Below, piece by piece: positions 60,359 through 64,000 of a stretch of 64,000 nucleotides of DNA (positions are counted from its first letter, which is position 1; each line of letters starts with the position of its first letter). The notes beneath the pieces are model-generated. The model did no database searches. It worked only from the letters and a program-made list of their open reading frames with translations, and was not told the DNA's origin. Location: positions 135,424 through 199,423 of the forward strand of contig NC_069002.1 of the NCBI RefSeq assembly GCF_001194135.2, written 5' to 3'. This DNA is from Octopus bimaculoides (lineage: Eukaryota). The position numbers were made by a program, and so were the translations under genes.

Positions 60359-62619
60359 ACAAAATATTCAAACATTTTTTAATACAGTTTCTAATAATAT
60401 TTCAATTGTGAAAACACAATAAGATTTTTTAAACACTGAATTGCTACGAGGGTCCATTTGAGTAAAATAGAAATCAAAGAGATCCTTATGTAAAAAAAAT
60501 GGTTGAGAATCACTGATTTAATTTTAAGACATGTATGAAGACGTCCATCAAAATATATTATATTCTCTGGTTCAAGTAAAATAGGTATGAGATATAAAGA
60601 ATATCCCTAGTATGAACAATAGAATAAGAGCGCTCTGTGAATTTTAATAAAGTGTTTGGGTAAAGTGAATGTTGCTATCCTTGTGATTTGAAAATCTGAG
60701 AATGTTACAGAATACAACAACAGCCACCTGAAGAAGGTTAAAAGATACAACAGCTGAAGCGTTGTGACTATAACAACCAAGAGTAGGACACTGCTCTGAA
60801 TGCATCAGTGTATACAAGAAGCCTGAAAGATTACAAAGGTTCACTTTCCAAATAGACAGCGCTGTCATCTCTTATGCTTCACTAAGTTAACTATGATTAT
60901 CTCAGACTAAAATCAAATGAACCAAATTTTAACAAAACTACAGATACACATTCAGAGAAATATTAATGAAATATTGAAATTATTAATTGAAAGTGTTAAT
61001 AAATTATATAATTAATAGTAGATCTACATTAGCAAGATAATGTATTTTAATTGTGAATTTTCGAACTTTTGATCAATGAAAATAAACTTATAATGATGGG
61101 CCAATGAAAGAGTTACTAGCCCTACTAGATATAGCAGCCAAATATTCAAACCACAGCTTACAGTTTTAAATTTAAAAAATACATCAGATAATGTAGTTAA
61201 AGGATATGCTATGTCTCTATGCCTGAAAAAAAAGATTGGGTGGTTATGGCTGAAATACCTTTAATCATAAATTTATTCAAGAGGGACCTAGATGGGGGTT
61301 ACACAGTAAAAACAACTTTACTACTAAAAAAAAGAAAAGGAAAAAGAAACGAAAAAAATAAAGAAATCAAATTGACACAAATTGATTTTCTAGAAAGTCC
61401 AAAATGTCCCTCAAAAAAGACTCAACTAATATTCAGAAGATTTTAGTCCAAATTAATAGGATTACAGAAAAATGATTTATCATAATTGAATGAACTAATT
61501 AAAAGCTAATTAAAAGCATTCAGTAATATGAGACTAACATGCACTACTTATTCAAATATGCAACAGAAACAAACTCACAACTATTAAAGCTAAAATGAAC
61601 AAAAAAGTAAAAAAGAAAATCACATAAAAACGTTTAAATACGAATAATCTAAATATCTATTTTTTTTTAAATATATTTTTGTCATGGATTAGTCAGAAGA
61701 AGGTTGACATCTAAAACCTTTTTACAGGGCCTCCAAGTCAAAAGGAAAGAAAACCATCCTCTACTGGAGACCTGGTGCCAAGGTCATATCCAGGAATAAG
61801 ATGTGTAACAATGATCAGTGGTCAAACTCATTGACATAGAATCTCGATGTAACTACCAAGAAATGTTTTGTCTCTAAAAATGAAATTAAGAGAAAGATTA
61901 CGATTGTATCTATAAATGCACGTGATGCATGTGTGTGTGTGTGTGTGTGTGTGCTTGAGATAATTAAGAGATAAATCTGATTCCAAGTTTTACAACTCAC
62001 TACATAATAGAAGACAATCATTATTTTTCTTTTATAAAACCCAATAGTATGATAATGACTTCCTACTTACTGCACACACACACATAATTAACAGGATTTT
62101 TCTATGACACTTCCATCGCAAGTACTTACAGAATTTTTTTTTGCCTGTATAATGAAGTAGTGTGTGTGTGTGTGTGTGTGTGTGCAGAAGAGTATTTAAA
62201 TTTGCTTGAAACACGGCAGAACATTGAAAATACATAAAACAGTGATTTAGAAACCATGACAATGAAGTTGATGAAAAATTAAATATAAATAAAAACGAAA
62301 CAAAATCACAATTTTATTTTAAACCATTTAATGCCCCTTTCCAAAGAGGGATGAGAATTAGAAGATGCACCTTAGTTCTTTAGAATTTCAAGTCTCTATG
62401 AGACAGTAAGACCACCATGTGCTGTAGATGGGTGAAGAAAGTGGAGTTGTAAATTATGTGGAATTTGGTTATGTCACATATGTGTGAAGAGAAAGTGGCA
62501 TCAAAATTTGCAATGTATGGAAGTCAAGCAACCAATGGACTTCTTTCAATTCTAGTTGTAAGGACTCTAAAATCAGTAGACGCCAGCCAAAATGTGTGTG
62601 TGGCCTGTATGCAAGTGAC

Positions 62620-62958
62620 TGAGACTTCTGGTGTGTGCTTGAGAAGATATGTCAAGCTAAGTGAGATTGTGGTCGTGGCCAGTGCTGGTGACACGTAACA
62701 GGCACTCATGCTGGTGACACATAAAAGGCACCTATGCTGGTGACACACAACAGGCACAAATGCTGGCGATGTGTAAAAGACACCTAGTACACTCTGTAGA
62801 GTGGTTGGTGTTAGGAAGGGCATCAAGCTGTAGAAACCATACCAAAACAGACAGGAATCTGGTGTAGCTCTGCAGCTTACCAGCTCCGGTGAAACTGGAG
62901 TTGGTAAACCAGCATCGAAAATGGATGCTAAATAATGATGATGATGATGATGATGATG
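62620..62958 (+). mobile_element. RTE-tail repeat family B, short-unit variant
   Basis: GCTGGTGACAC..AGGCAC units, then shared tail and (GAT)n. Confidence 0.7.
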
Positions 62959-63396
62959 CTACCTATTGACATATTGCAGCAACACAATTTACAAATCCAC
63001 CCCTTTTCTTCACCCCTTCAACATGCATGGTCTTACCTTCTCGGGGGGACTTAAAACATCAAACAACCAGAGACATTTACCTGTTCTTCTTCAAAAACAA
63101 AAATAAATAAAAAAAATTAAAAAAGCTATTTTCATTTCTCCTGTCAGATTATTAAATATTTCAAGTTAAAAATGCAGTCTTTCTTTTTATCCATATTTAA
63201 TTTTTTTATGACTGCATTCCTGAGACTTTCAAAAATCACTTCTTATTTCCTTTCAATTAAATTGAATCTGACAATTTGTCTCACAGCTCAAGTTTGATAC
63301 CACAGTGATCTTCATAAATATACACACACATACATTTATATATATTATATATACATATATGTGTGTGTATGTATATATTCACATACATACACACAC

Positions 63397-63454
<58 letters not shown>

Positions 63455-63758
63455 ATAAAAAGAACACTGTTGTGTCTATTTTTATTATGATACTAAATAT
63501 ACAACATAAATCCATTTAGGTTTTGACAACATAATATAAGGAAGATGACAATAAGGAAACAACGAAAATTTGAACTAGCCAACCAAACAAATTCATTCTT
63601 TCAAATAACAACTGGAAAAATAAGGGCTCTAAAATTAGCCAAAAACAGTACTGCCAATTAAATGTTGGCATTATTAAAGATAAATAATAGTTGTGGGCAA
63701 TCTAAATTTTGTTACGGGCGTGCTTTATAAAGTAAGCAGAGGAAGGTGCTTCTCTCAC

Positions 63759-63782
63759 CTGACACCATTTCTCGAAGTTATT
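63759..63782 (-). CDS. Candidate VPS13 micro-exon (24 nt)
   Basis: Strong pyrimidine tract ending TAACAG and donor CAG|GTGAGA; frame unresolved. Confidence 0.3.
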
Positions 63783-64000
63783 CTGTTACAGTAAGAAATT
63801 TTAGGAAAAAAAATTTGAAGAGAGCAGATTAATTGAATGTAATAACAGCATAAGTCAATTGCAAACAACGACTAAGAGAATAAGTTAATTGGTCAGAATA
63901 ATAGAATAAATTAACTGAACAGGGAATAATAGAATCAAGTCATTGAATACAGAATAATAGAATAAAATCAATGAATAGAGAATAACAGAATAGGGTAATT

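Noticed and set aside
63037-63080. 44-nt exon with strong GTAAG donor
   Set aside because: Purine-rich weak acceptor, no homology, and phase incompatible with the upstream candidate
1341-63490. Many ORFs rich in YI, HT, CV or RE dipeptides, or spanning X runs
   Set aside because: They are translations of (TA)n, (CA)n and (GA)n microsatellites and N gaps

Overview
Eukaryotic, AT-rich, microsatellite-dense draft-assembly DNA with 8 N-gaps; no prokaryotic features or CRISPR. The repeat content suggests a coleoid cephalopod such as Octopus (inference). The whole window lies inside one minus-strand gene of the VPS13A/C (chorein) lipid-transfer family. I traced 57 GT-AG exons by hand from 57345 down to 271 (about 2,460 codons). 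Reading phase is continuous except for one expected exon that probably lies in the 843-nt gap at 6333-7175. Both gene ends are outside the window. Introns hold several SINE families, RTE, RLE-type and Penelope-like retrotransposon remnants, and MITEs. The most notable non-coding signal is three sequence-unrelated type I hammerhead-ribozyme-like motifs (7231-7277 minus, 15930-15989 plus, 38000-38036 minus), each beside (TA)n. One sits 3' of a GIY-YIG remnant and two are sense to the VPS13 pre-mRNA. All three deviate from the canonical core or stems, so activity is unproven. Repeat boundaries are approximate; family names come from recalled motifs, not a database search.
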